64,000 bases of DNA. Source: Candidatus Dojkabacteria bacterium. GTDB lineage: Bacteria > Patescibacteriota > Dojkabacteria > SC72 > JAFGCJ01. Under the pieces are notes generated by a model. The model made no database searches. It saw only the letters and a program-made list of their open reading frames with translations, and was not told where the DNA came from. Position 1 is the first letter of the stretch. Each line of letters opens with the position of its first letter. A program made the translations under genes and the position numbers. The stretch covers positions 14,288 to 78,287 of the forward strand of contig JAFGIK010000026.1 in NCBI GenBank assembly GCA_016929645.1, written 5' to 3'. Of this stretch, positions 21,508 through 30,782 are shown one piece after another.

Positions 21508-22242
21508 TTATATTCTAATAAAATCTGGGAAGGGCTCTTTCTTCATTACGGTCCATACATTATTTATATAGTTTAGTACGAAATAGTTTTGAGCCAAATG
21601 AAGCCAAAACGCCCCTCGACGAGTAAGTTGAATTGTTCCATTAACTTTTTCACAGAGTTTTAATAAAAGGAAAATTTTAAGAAGGAGATCTATCTTCCAG
21701 GTTTTAATATTTTCATACTCACTTAATGTAAACTTTGTTTCATAGAGCCTCCAATAAAACCAATACCAATCAGATAAACTTTTTAATATTGGCATATCAA
21801 TTGCAATTGGTAATCTGTTATTCATTAACCTTTTTTCATAATCACGAACCGAAAAAGTATTAAAGTAAAAAATATTATCAAACCTTGACGCAGCACCAGC
21901 TCCAATACCTAAGTATTTGTCTCTAGTAACTGAAGAATATTTTAAATTTCCTGAATTTTTATTAAAGCTCCAAACTGAGGTCATCTCATATTTGTTTTTT
22001 TGGAAAAAATCATAAATTATATTGTAAAATCGATACCTTTTAGAAAAGCCTGGCATTTTAACTTTTTTAATTTTTAAATACTCACCAATTGATGAATACG
22101 GAAAAGTAAACAATGGATAAACGGTCACCTGATTAACATTCATTTTAGAAATTTTTTCCAGATCATTTTTTAAATCTTGCTCGGTCTGACCGGGGAATGA
22201 AAACATCAAATCGGCATTTATACTTCCAAACTTAGTCCCGGT
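21508..22242 (-). pseudogene. HemN/HemW-like radical SAM protein, C-terminal fragment only (no CxxxCxxC domain)
   Basis: INADLMFSFPGQT ... NQVTVYPL ... YLGIGAGAASR match HemN C-half; frame closes with stop at 22243-22245 right where the radical SAM core should begin. Confidence 0.55.
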
Positions 22243-22252
22243 TCATTCGCCA

Positions 22253-22804
22253 ATGGGAGCTATGTCATTAATTTGCAAAAAGCTGTACCCAAAATGCAAT
22301 CAAGTCTTTGTTGGACCATGTATTACCAAGAAAAATGAAGCCGCAGAAATTGGAGGAATTGATCTTGCAATTACATTTAAGGAACTATCCGAGTATTTTG
22401 ATAAAAATCCCATTGATATAAAAACCGTGCACAAAAAGAGTTTTAACAAATTTTATAACGATTACACCAAAATTTATCCTGTATCAGGAGGACTTTCTGA
22501 CACACTACATCATGAAAAAGTTCTTGATGGAAATCAAATATTAGTCATGGACGGAATTGCAAATCTCATGCCAGTATTCAATGAATTTAAAGATGGATTT
22601 TACAAAGACTATCTGTTTCTAGATTGCCTAAGCTGCAACGGAGGTTGCATTGCAGGACCAGGGATAAACAACACTCTGGATTTAGAATCCAGAAGAAAAA
22701 AGGTTCTAGCGTATAAGAATTTTGCAATGAATAATGAAAAAGATTTAGAAAGACGTGGCATGGTTCATGATGCAGATGGAATTGATTTTAAAAGGATATT
22801 CTAA
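22253..22804 (+). pseudogene. [FeFe]-hydrogenase-like H-cluster domain, C-terminal fragment (L2 and L3 motifs only)
   Basis: VGPCITKKNEAAE resembles MPCxxKxxE and LDCLSCNGGCIAGPG resembles EVMACPGGCxxGGG; L1 TSCCP region absent, frame closes 60 nt upstream. Confidence 0.45.
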
Positions 22805-22982
22805 GCCCCTCCCAAAACGAAACAAAAGTTGTATAAATGTATTAATGATAAATTAACCTCAAAATTTATAATTTCTCAATATCGAGACAAACCATTGACC
22901 CATAATGTATTTTAATGTACTATTTGGTCAAGCAAAATCAAAAAATACAAATTTCTATATAAAATATCAGGAATATAGAATC

Positions 22983-25145
22983 ATGGCAGAAGATAAAGAC
23001 CTTGGCCCAAAGATTAAAACACCCCTTAGAGAAAACCTTGCAGTACCTAGTGAAACATTACGCGAAATTTATGATGCTGTAGAAACAGGACAAAATCCTA
23101 ATGCACCAGAGGAATTGTTTTATAACGATATAGAAATTGATAGATCCAAAATCCTACCTCAACAGGATTTTAATGAAGAACACACTACTAATCCAGAACA
23201 TTTAGCACAAAGAATACAAGGAGTCTTAGTTAGAACCGGAGCCTTTATTGATATAAAAAAACTTGAAGCTGCAAGAGAAGAGGCTGCAGCACAAGGAGCG
23301 CAAGGCGGACATTTTAGAGATGAAAGAGGAGACTTAACTTTGCTCAAACAAGAACCACATGACAGACTAGCACAGGTCATTGATGAGAATACAATACCAA
23401 CATCATTATCGGATTTATTTGATGCAGAGAACAGCCCAGTAACAAGTTCATACACATCAAGAACTAAAATACACCAAGGTCGGGACATAGGTTATTCAAA
23501 AGGAAAAGCTGGAATTCATATTCATACCGCCCAGACTGATAGATTTGTGTTTACAGAAGGTGCATGGGAAATAGTGCTTGTTGATATGAGGCAAGTGTCA
23601 CCAAGCTACGGTACAAGAGTCTGTCTTTCTTTTGATGCAAGTCAGGAAAATCAGCTTGCACTTGTAATACCTCCAGGAATCGCCCACACAATTGCATGCT
23701 TTAGAGAGGCTCCTGATGGTAAAGAATATGCAACACTGGTAAACTTTCCAACACTCGGATATAGCGAACTACCTCCAAGTATAGCAAAAGGAAATTATTC
23801 ACCTCAAACAGCAATCAGGGCAATGGAAGGAAGGCTTGATCCAACTAGAGTCATTGCAAATAGTGGTAATAAAACTGAAGCTGGAACAACGTTTAACTGG
23901 CTTTTATATCAAAGATGGCTATTAAACAGGGCAAAGCTAGAAGAAAGGAAAGAGGAGGAAAATACCAGAAATATTGTATTAGCTGGAGGATCAAATGGGC
24001 TTCTTGGTTCACTCATCGAACAAGAACTTTGGAAAAATGGTTTTGTAACAGAATCTGCATCCAGATATCAAGCTTTAGATGCAGATGGCATAAACATGAG
24101 AATAGATCTAACAAAACTATCTGAAGATCAAATCGTTGAATGGTTACTAGGATCGAATGCACAGGCCGTTATATTAACAGCTGCATGGACAGATGTTCCA
24201 GCAAGCATAGCATTAGCTTCATTTATAAATAAATATCAAGAAGAACTTACCATTGCAGGTATTCATGGGACAGACCCTGTAAGTGAGATAAATATTAATT
24301 TTGTTGTCAGGCTAGCAAACGCAATAAAGAAAGCAAGGGAAATCTACGGCAGGCAAATCAAACTTGTACTGCCACAAACAACAATGGCATCAATTGGCAC
24401 AATTCTAAATGCGAATTATTATGCAAGAACTAAAGCAGTTGGTATACAACAAGCACAACAAATTCTTGGTAATAATGCGTTAGTAGCAACATTTGGTTAT
24501 CCGTACGTAATCGATGCTGCACAGATACCACAATCTGCCAAATCAATGACTTTACACAAGAGAATAGAACAAGTAGTTAGGGCTATTAGGCAAGAAGGCT
24601 CTTCTGCAGTCAGTGCTTTTTTTAACGACGCCATAGATCTAACAGATATGAATCCTGTTCTTGCAAATATCTTGCAGTACATTACAAATCCGAAACAAGA
24701 ACCTAATCCTCTAGATCAAAGACTAAATTGGGTTTCAACTCTAGAACTATGCAATCTTATAGCAGACGTATACGTTTCACTATACGGAGGAGATATTGAC
24801 GAAGTGAAAAAATTATCGATTACATCAGCTTCAATGAGCGGATATAAACCAACAAATGGTGATTTATTAAGATATAACAACGCAACAGGAGAATGTAGTA
24901 ATCCTGTATATGCATGGATTACTAATGCTGTTCGAGTGATTAAACAGAAATTAAGAATAGACATCGACTTATTACAATTCATCAAAGAAGAAGCTAACTA
25001 CAGCAAAGCATATCCAAGCTTTTCGAGCTTTAATCAAGATCCTACAACTGCTTCAACTTATAGAATAAAATTAATAAACGACATAATAAGAATAATGGTA
25101 CAGAAATACGGAGCGGCAACAGTCTCCCAGGACAAGCAAGATTAA
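22983..25145 (+). CDS. large protein with RmlC-like cupin (dTDP-sugar 3,5-epimerase-like) and RmlD-like NAD(P)-binding reductase regions plus about 190-aa N-terminal extension
   Basis: GIHIHTAQ...VIPPGIAHT cupin pattern; NIVLAGGSNGLLGSLIEQEL...AVILTAAWTDV Rossmann pattern; start at ATG 22983 with AGGAA upstream. Confidence 0.55.
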   Translation: MAEDKDLGPKIKTPLRENLAVPSETLREIYDAVETGQNPNAPEELFYNDIEIDRSKILPQQDFNEEHTTNPEHLAQRIQGVLVRTGAFIDIKKLEAAREEAAAQGAQGGHFRDERGDLTLLKQEPHDRLAQVIDENTIPTSLSDLFDAENSPVTSSYTSRTKIHQGRDIGYSKGKAGIHIHTAQTDRFVFTEGAWEIVLVDMRQVSPSYGTRVCLSFDASQENQLALVIPPGIAHTIACFREAPDGKEYATLVNFPTLGYSELPPSIAKGNYSPQTAIRAMEGRLDPTRVIANSGNKTEAGTTFNWLLYQRWLLNRAKLEERKEEENTRNIVLAGGSNGLLGSLIEQELWKNGFVTESASRYQALDADGINMRIDLTKLSEDQIVEWLLGSNAQAVILTAAWTDVPASIALASFINKYQEELTIAGIHGTDPVSEININFVVRLANAIKKAREIYGRQIKLVLPQTTMASIGTILNANYYARTKAVGIQQAQQILGNNALVATFGYPYVIDAAQIPQSAKSMTLHKRIEQVVRAIRQEGSSAVSAFFNDAIDLTDMNPVLANILQYITNPKQEPNPLDQRLNWVSTLELCNLIADVYVSLYGGDIDEVKKLSITSASMSGYKPTNGDLLRYNNATGECSNPVYAWITNAVRVIKQKLRIDIDLLQFIKEEANYSKAYPSFSSFNQDPTTASTYRIKLINDIIRIMVQKYGAATVSQDKQD

Positions 25146-25191
25146 TAATAAAGATTACAAATATCTAGAAAAAAGACTCAAAATAACAAAG

Positions 25192-25740
25192 CTATATTTT
25201 CATTATTTCCTTGATAACATCATCATATCGTTTCTTGATCTCACCTTTGAATATACCATCAGTGATCTTGAGCTTCATTAATTCTTCATCAGTGAACTTT
25301 TTACCATTTTTCTCAAGAAGTTTTATAGATAATGCCTTTGTTAAGACTAATTTATCACCAACAAGATTCTTAACCCTATTAAATACGGATTTATACCCAT
25401 ACTCCGTATCTTTGTCTTCATCGCCTCCCCCACACATAGTAATAAATGCCAACTTTTTGATATCATTTTTAAATTTTTTTATAAATCCAATAACTGGAGA
25501 AATTAATTGACCTGTCCAAATTGGACTGCATAAAATAACCAGATCATAGTCAGCTGGATTATGATTCATAGATCGTATGCCAGCACCAAGTTTGAAAAAA
25601 GACATCAAAAGAAGAGGAATAAGACCTTTAGGAACAGGATTAATTTCTTCAACATCACATTTCAGATCTTTAGCTATTTTATTTGCAAGATATTTATTAT
25701 TGCCAGATTTTGAATAGTAACACACAAGTATTTTTTTCAT
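25192..25740 (-). CDS. flavodoxin-like fold protein
   Basis: MKKILVCYYSKSGNN... and LVILCSPIWTGQL. Confidence 0.7.
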   Translation of the reverse strand: MKKILVCYYSKSGNNKYLANKIAKDLKCDVEEINPVPKGLIPLLLMSFFKLGAGIRSMNHNPADYDLVILCSPIWTGQLISPVIGFIKKFKNDIKKLAFITMCGGGDEDKDTEYGYKSVFNRVKNLVGDKLVLTKALSIKLLEKNGKKFTDEELMKLKITDGIFKGEIKKRYDDVIKEIMKI

Positions 25741-25772
25741 AATAATCGTTAGGAATTTTCAACCAAAATTAG

Positions 25773-25934
25773 TTATTTAACAATGCCTCTCTTCCTCATC
25801 TCTGCTAAAAGCTTTTCTGGAATACCACGACACGAACAATTTTTAGCATGCTCTTGGTGCCATTTTATTCTTTGTTCTATCGTGGGGTTTTTGGGCATTT
25901 TGTTTTTAAGATGCCAAGCTTTGTTGAGATTCAT
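25773..25934 (-). CDS. small conserved Cys-containing protein, 53 aa (not in supplied ORF track)
   Basis: Translates MNLNKAWHLKNKMPKNPTIEQRIKWHQEHAKNCSCRGIPEKLLAEMRKRGIVK; 33 nt upstream of flavodoxin gene on same strand; possible start at internal MPKNPT. Confidence 0.4.
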   Translation of the reverse strand: MNLNKAWHLKNKMPKNPTIEQRIKWHQEHAKNCSCRGIPEKLLAEMRKRGIVK

Positions 25935-26165
25935 TGATATTAAGATGAATGTAAATTTACATAATCAAGACAACATAAATACACAATATAATATTACTCA
26001 AAAGCCGTAAGAAGGCAATAAGATCTTAAGTAACAGGGAATACTCGCTCACAATATGGACAAGCGATGATGTAAAAATCGCAAATTACTGAACTATTAAA
26101 GATTGAAAGACAGAGATAATATCTCCACCCCTAAACCTAACAAAACATATATAATAAATAGTTAA

Positions 26166-27152
26166 ATGATATCAATAAATCCAATAAAACAATTATTAAA
26201 AAACGAGTATGGGCTTGATTGGTTCAAATTAGAAAACCTTCATGGTCATACAGACATGATATACAAAGTAACAACCCACAGGCACAAGTATGTTTTAAAA
26301 GTTTCTCTAAACAGAAAAATGTCAAAACGCCGATTTGAAAGCCAGATTAATTATATTCAATATTTACAAAATCACGACATTCTCTCACCCAAAATAATAA
26401 AACCATGCACAGGCAATTTATACACAACGATTAAGGATTATAGAAATAGGTACTCTGCTTTATTTGAATATATTGATAATTTATACAGTCCAAACTTATC
26501 CAAACCATCAGAAGCAAGGGAATATGCAAAATATATCGGAAACCTACATAAAATCTCTCATAAATACAATAATAAGCACTACTGGTATTACGATCCAATT
26601 TCGGAAGAGACTAGAAAATTAAAATACCTGGAAAAATTCGTAAAAAAATCCAAACGAAAATACCTCGCAAAACTAATAAAAATAAAGAAAGACAACATTT
26701 CAAGATATAAAAAATTAAGACCCAAACTTGGTAAGACAATGCTTTTAAATGATTTAAGCGAAGGAAATATCTTCAAAATAAATAATAATTATATATTTAT
26801 TGACTGGAATATCGCAGCAACAGGATATTTTGCAGATGAAATTGCATGGATAATCACATGGTTTTTCATCAAGAAAAATAACATGAAACATCTTTCAAAA
26901 TTTCTTGATGAATACTTGAAACATTTTCCATTAAACAGCATAGAATTGGAACTTCTAACCTTTATGCCAATTAGTTACGCTTATACAATGTGGGATAACT
27001 TCGAAGAATGTAAGACAAAGGAATTATTTAGAGAGCAGGAAAAGAAGATTCTGGATTCATCAAAAATACTGGAACAGCTTATCAGACAAGTTTCAACCTC
27101 TTTATCCCACCACCGAGCAACATACATATCCCATTCTCACGACGAACAATAA
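26166..27152 (+). CDS. APH/ChoK-like phosphotransferase family protein
   Basis: NDLSEGNIFKI...IFIDWNIAATGYFADEIAW (Brenner/DxD-like motifs). Confidence 0.6.
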   Translation: MISINPIKQLLKNEYGLDWFKLENLHGHTDMIYKVTTHRHKYVLKVSLNRKMSKRRFESQINYIQYLQNHDILSPKIIKPCTGNLYTTIKDYRNRYSALFEYIDNLYSPNLSKPSEAREYAKYIGNLHKISHKYNNKHYWYYDPISEETRKLKYLEKFVKKSKRKYLAKLIKIKKDNISRYKKLRPKLGKTMLLNDLSEGNIFKINNNYIFIDWNIAATGYFADEIAWIITWFFIKKNNMKHLSKFLDEYLKHFPLNSIELELLTFMPISYAYTMWDNFEECKTKELFREQEKKILDSSKILEQLIRQVSTSLSHHRATYISHSHDEQ

Positions 27153-27263
27153 GTATTTTACGAAAGATGATATTATTGAGATAATTCAAATATAGATATC
27201 TTTGAAGTCTAGCCAAATTCACGTCAAAGATTTTGAATATTTTAATTAATAATTAATAAATCT

Positions 27264-28031
27264 ATGGAAAAACAATTCAAAGGATTAAATAGATTCAATA
27301 TATTTATGGGGGCATTACATTTGCTACAAGCTCTTGCAGTCTATTTCATAAGTGATCCTGATAAAGGCATCGTTCCAATAACCATTAATTATCTAGAATA
27401 TGATCAAATCGCTGCAAAATTATTACCTGCAACTAAAGAAGTATTTTCAGTAAATTTGGCTTGGTTTGTTGTTATCTTTTTTCTGTTAAGCTCTGTTGCT
27501 CACTTTTTCATTGGAACTATTTATATGAGTAAATACGAATCAGATCTAAAACTCGGGATTAACAAAGTTAGATGGTTCGAATATTCACTTAGTGCAAGTG
27601 TCATGATGATAGCAATAAGCTTACTATCTGGGATCTATGATTTATCAAGTCTTATTATGATTTTTACACTTGACGCACTTATGAATCTATTAGGACTTGC
27701 AATGGAAAAAGAAAATCAAGGGAAATCAAAGCTGAATTGGTTAACTTTTATACTCGGCTGTATAGCAGGAATTGTCCCATGGATTGTTTACGGAATTTAT
27801 GTTTATGGGGCAAGTCAATATGGAGGAGGAAATATTCCAGATTTCGTTTATTGGATTTACGTGTCTATCTTTTTGTTCTTTAATAGTTTTGCTGTAAATA
27901 TGTTTTTGCAATATAAGAAAATTGGACCTTGGAAAGATTATCTGTATGGAGAAAAGGTATATATTATATTAAGCTTGGTAGCAAAGTCTTTACTTGCATG
28001 GCAGGTATTTGCTGGAACATTGAGACCATAG
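27264..28031 (+). CDS. heliorhodopsin (7-TM retinal protein)
   Basis: Recalled heliorhodopsin motifs all present: N-terminal FNxxxGxxHLLQ, VRWFEYSLSASVM, GCIAGIVPW, FLFFNSFA, YIILSLVAKSLLAWQVF (Schiff-base Lys). Confidence 0.75.
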   Translation: MEKQFKGLNRFNIFMGALHLLQALAVYFISDPDKGIVPITINYLEYDQIAAKLLPATKEVFSVNLAWFVVIFFLLSSVAHFFIGTIYMSKYESDLKLGINKVRWFEYSLSASVMMIAISLLSGIYDLSSLIMIFTLDALMNLLGLAMEKENQGKSKLNWLTFILGCIAGIVPWIVYGIYVYGASQYGGGNIPDFVYWIYVSIFLFFNSFAVNMFLQYKKIGPWKDYLYGEKVYIILSLVAKSLLAWQVFAGTLRP

Positions 28032-28049
28032 GGTTAGAAAAATAGGGAA

Positions 28050-28470
28050 AAAATGCCGAGAATGTTGAAGTTGCTAATGGGTATATCTCCACTTGCGGAA
28101 GCTGGATTCACTTTCCGCTCATTTCATTCGCTTCAAGTATGTATCGTGTCAGCCACTCGTCTTTGCTAATGCTCGACTCGTGGGACACAGCTCTGCACTA
28201 CGTCTCTTTTCGTTACTTACTCACTTTGTTCGTAAAACTCAAAGTACTCAGCACTCCTGTCGACACCCAATCATTCTCGCTTTGCTCGAATTCTTGGGTC
28301 TCCAGTTGCGAACCTGTTTCTGGTTCTCAACAGAATCTAACAAGTACCTTAGGAATACAACACTACGTATTCCCAAGGTATTGCCAAACGTTAGGATTTC
28401 ATGATGCCAAATTCCTAAAGCGAAAAATTGAAATGTGTTGAATTTAAGAGGTTTTGAGAATTTTTATAAT
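28050..28470. ncRNA. candidate structured non-coding RNA of unknown class (GC-rich island)
   Basis: About 48 percent GC vs about 33 percent background; several nested perfect/near-perfect helices (e.g. 12-bp CCUUAGGAAUAC/GUAUUCCCAAGG); only overlapping multi-frame ORFs without RBS. Confidence 0.3.
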
Positions 28471-28479
28471 GGTAAACCA

Positions 28480-28550
28480 TTGCGGGACCAGGATTCGAAC
28501 CTGGACTAGGCGCTTCAGAGGCGCCCGTCCTACCATTAGACGATCCCGCA
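28480..28550 (-). tRNA. tRNA-Gln (anticodon CUG)
   Basis: Hand-folded cloverleaf: acceptor UGCGGGA/UCCCGCA (U1-A72), 3-bp D-stem, anticodon stem GGCGC/GCGCC loop CUCUGAA, T-arm CCAGG-UUCGAAU-CCUGG. Confidence 0.85.
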
Positions 28551-28806
28551 GTTCAATAAGTAAATTTTAAAAAAGCTTAGAACATCTATCAACTAAAAGT
28601 AATTTTAGCAGCAAATACAATAAATCAACAGAATTGTACCACAAAATAATAAATTATCTCATACATCAATTTGCCTCGAATGCAACTCACTAATTACTAA
28701 TAATGAGCCAATTAAATTCGCATAATTTTTAAAACTTGCAAAAAATTTTAAATTTCATTATTATGTCCTGTTGATTGCCGATTTTTATATACAAAATTCA
28801 ATATTT

Positions 28807-29571
28807 ATGGCAAATAAGTCAATAATTACAGTACAAGATCTAAGAAAAACATACGGCGACTTAAAAGCTGTGGACGGTGTGTCATTTGAAGTATATGAAA
28901 ATGAGATTTTTGGAATCCTTGGACCTAACGGAGCTGGTAAAACAACCACTCTTGAAATGATTGAAGGCCTTAAGCAAATTGATGAAGGTATTGTTGAAAT
29001 AGACGGTATAAATGTTGCACAAAAACCCGAAGCCGTAAAAAAAATAGTTGGAATACAACTTCAGTCTTCTGCCTATTTTGAATATTTGAATATTACTGAG
29101 CTTTTAGATCTTTTCGGTACTTTCTACAAGAGGAAGATCGATGCAAAGGACTTAATTGACAAGGTTAATCTGGAAGGTAAAGAAAAATCATACGTAAAAC
29201 AGTTATCAGGAGGTCAACAACAAAGGATGTCCATAGCTTCGTCATTGGTAAATGATCCAAAAGTTTTATTCCTTGACGAACCGACAACTGGTCTTGACCC
29301 TCAAGCAAGAAGATCCCTTTGGGACTTGATTGAAGAGATTCGAAATACAGATAAAAAAACAATTGTTCTTACAACCCATTACATGGATGAAGCTGAACAA
29401 TTATGTGACCGAGTAGCAATAATGGATGATGGCAAGATTATAACAATTGATACACCAGCAAATTTAATTAAAAATCTATTAAGTAAAGGCTTTAAGCCAA
29501 GAAAAAGAAAATTCGAAGCAACATTAGAAGATGTATTTCTTGACCTTACGGGGAAAAAACTTAGAGATTAG
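28807..29571 (+). CDS. ABC transporter ATP-binding protein
   Basis: Walker A GPNGAGKTT, LSGGQQQR, Walker B LFLDEPT; start at MANKS. Confidence 0.85.
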   Translation: MANKSIITVQDLRKTYGDLKAVDGVSFEVYENEIFGILGPNGAGKTTTLEMIEGLKQIDEGIVEIDGINVAQKPEAVKKIVGIQLQSSAYFEYLNITELLDLFGTFYKRKIDAKDLIDKVNLEGKEKSYVKQLSGGQQQRMSIASSLVNDPKVLFLDEPTTGLDPQARRSLWDLIEEIRNTDKKTIVLTTHYMDEAEQLCDRVAIMDDGKIITIDTPANLIKNLLSKGFKPRKRKFEATLEDVFLDLTGKKLRD

Positions 29572-29630
29572 AACAGAATCATAAAAACGAACTAAATAAT
29601 TTACAAAAAGTAATTAACAAATTATAAAAA

Positions 29631-30725
29631 ATGAGTGAATTAAGTGTATTTTGGAAACTTACAAAAGCAAATATATTGATGTACATCCGTGACCGTGGTG
29701 CAATCTTTTGGTCGCTATTTTTTCCATTCATGATTATTGGAATCTTTGGTCTACTTGATTTCGGAAACATGGGAACAATGAATATCGGACTTGTGTACGA
29801 TGACACCACAAAAATGTATGCTGAATCACTTGAAGATATTTTAAAAGAAGATCAGAATTACAAATTTCACACAGGTTCAAAAGAACATGAAATGAACGAG
29901 TTGGAGAATGACAACAGAATAACAGTTCTCGAATTCACCAAAAAAGATAACGGCCAACTTGAAGTTAAAAGCTATACTGGCAAACAAAATGAGAATTATG
30001 GATTTATCGTAACAATGGTTTCAGAAAAGATTTTACTTGAGATGTCCCTTGCCCAACAGCAAATACAAAATCCCGTTGTAACCCAACAAGAAACAGTAAA
30101 CACCAACAATCTTAGAAATATCGACTATGTCGTCCCAGGAGTTATTGCAATGACTCTCATGCAAGGAAGTTTATTCACAGTAATTGGTACAATCGTTGGC
30201 AACAGAGAAAAAGGCATATTAAAAAGAATCTTTGCTACACCACTTGATAAGACTACATTCCTCGTATCGAATGTAGTAAGCCGAACTGTTATTGCTATGA
30301 TGCAGGTTGCAATTTTACTAATTGTTTCCTGGATTGTATTTAAAATCAAAATTGTTGGAAGCGTGCCATTAGTTGCAATTCTTTCAATACTTGGATGTTT
30401 GGTATTCTTATCCATGGGATTTTTAGTATCTGGAATTGCAAAAACATCCGAAGCTGCAAGATCGATGGTAATGCCATTCCAAATGATTATGATGTTTACA
30501 GGTGGTGTTTACTTTGATAGAAGCGTGCTACCAGGCTGGCTATACGACATTACAGCATATTCACCATTAACATACCTTTCAGACAGCTTGAAAGATGTGA
30601 TGGTTAAAGGTTACGGACTTGGTGATGCAAGTGTGAGAACTACATTGATAGCCTTATCAATTTGGTTAGTCGTACTCATCGTAATATCAGTACGAACCTT
30701 CAAGTGGGAAGATAACGGCAAATAA
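29631..30725 (+). CDS. ABC-2 family transporter permease
   Basis: N-terminal TM, large loop, 5 C-terminal TMs; follows ATPase gene. Confidence 0.75.
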   Translation: MSELSVFWKLTKANILMYIRDRGAIFWSLFFPFMIIGIFGLLDFGNMGTMNIGLVYDDTTKMYAESLEDILKEDQNYKFHTGSKEHEMNELENDNRITVLEFTKKDNGQLEVKSYTGKQNENYGFIVTMVSEKILLEMSLAQQQIQNPVVTQQETVNTNNLRNIDYVVPGVIAMTLMQGSLFTVIGTIVGNREKGILKRIFATPLDKTTFLVSNVVSRTVIAMMQVAILLIVSWIVFKIKIVGSVPLVAILSILGCLVFLSMGFLVSGIAKTSEAARSMVMPFQMIMMFTGGVYFDRSVLPGWLYDITAYSPLTYLSDSLKDVMVKGYGLGDASVRTTLIALSIWLVVLIVISVRTFKWEDNGK

Positions 30726-30782
30726 CAAGCAAGTATTTACAAATTATTACGACTTACTATAAATCAGTTATTTAGTGCGCTA

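Noticed and set aside
28093-28441. Two overlapping plus-strand ORFs (103 and 100 aa) in the GC-rich block
   Set aside because: Different frames overlapping, no RBS, compositionally driven absence of stops. The region is better explained as structured RNA.
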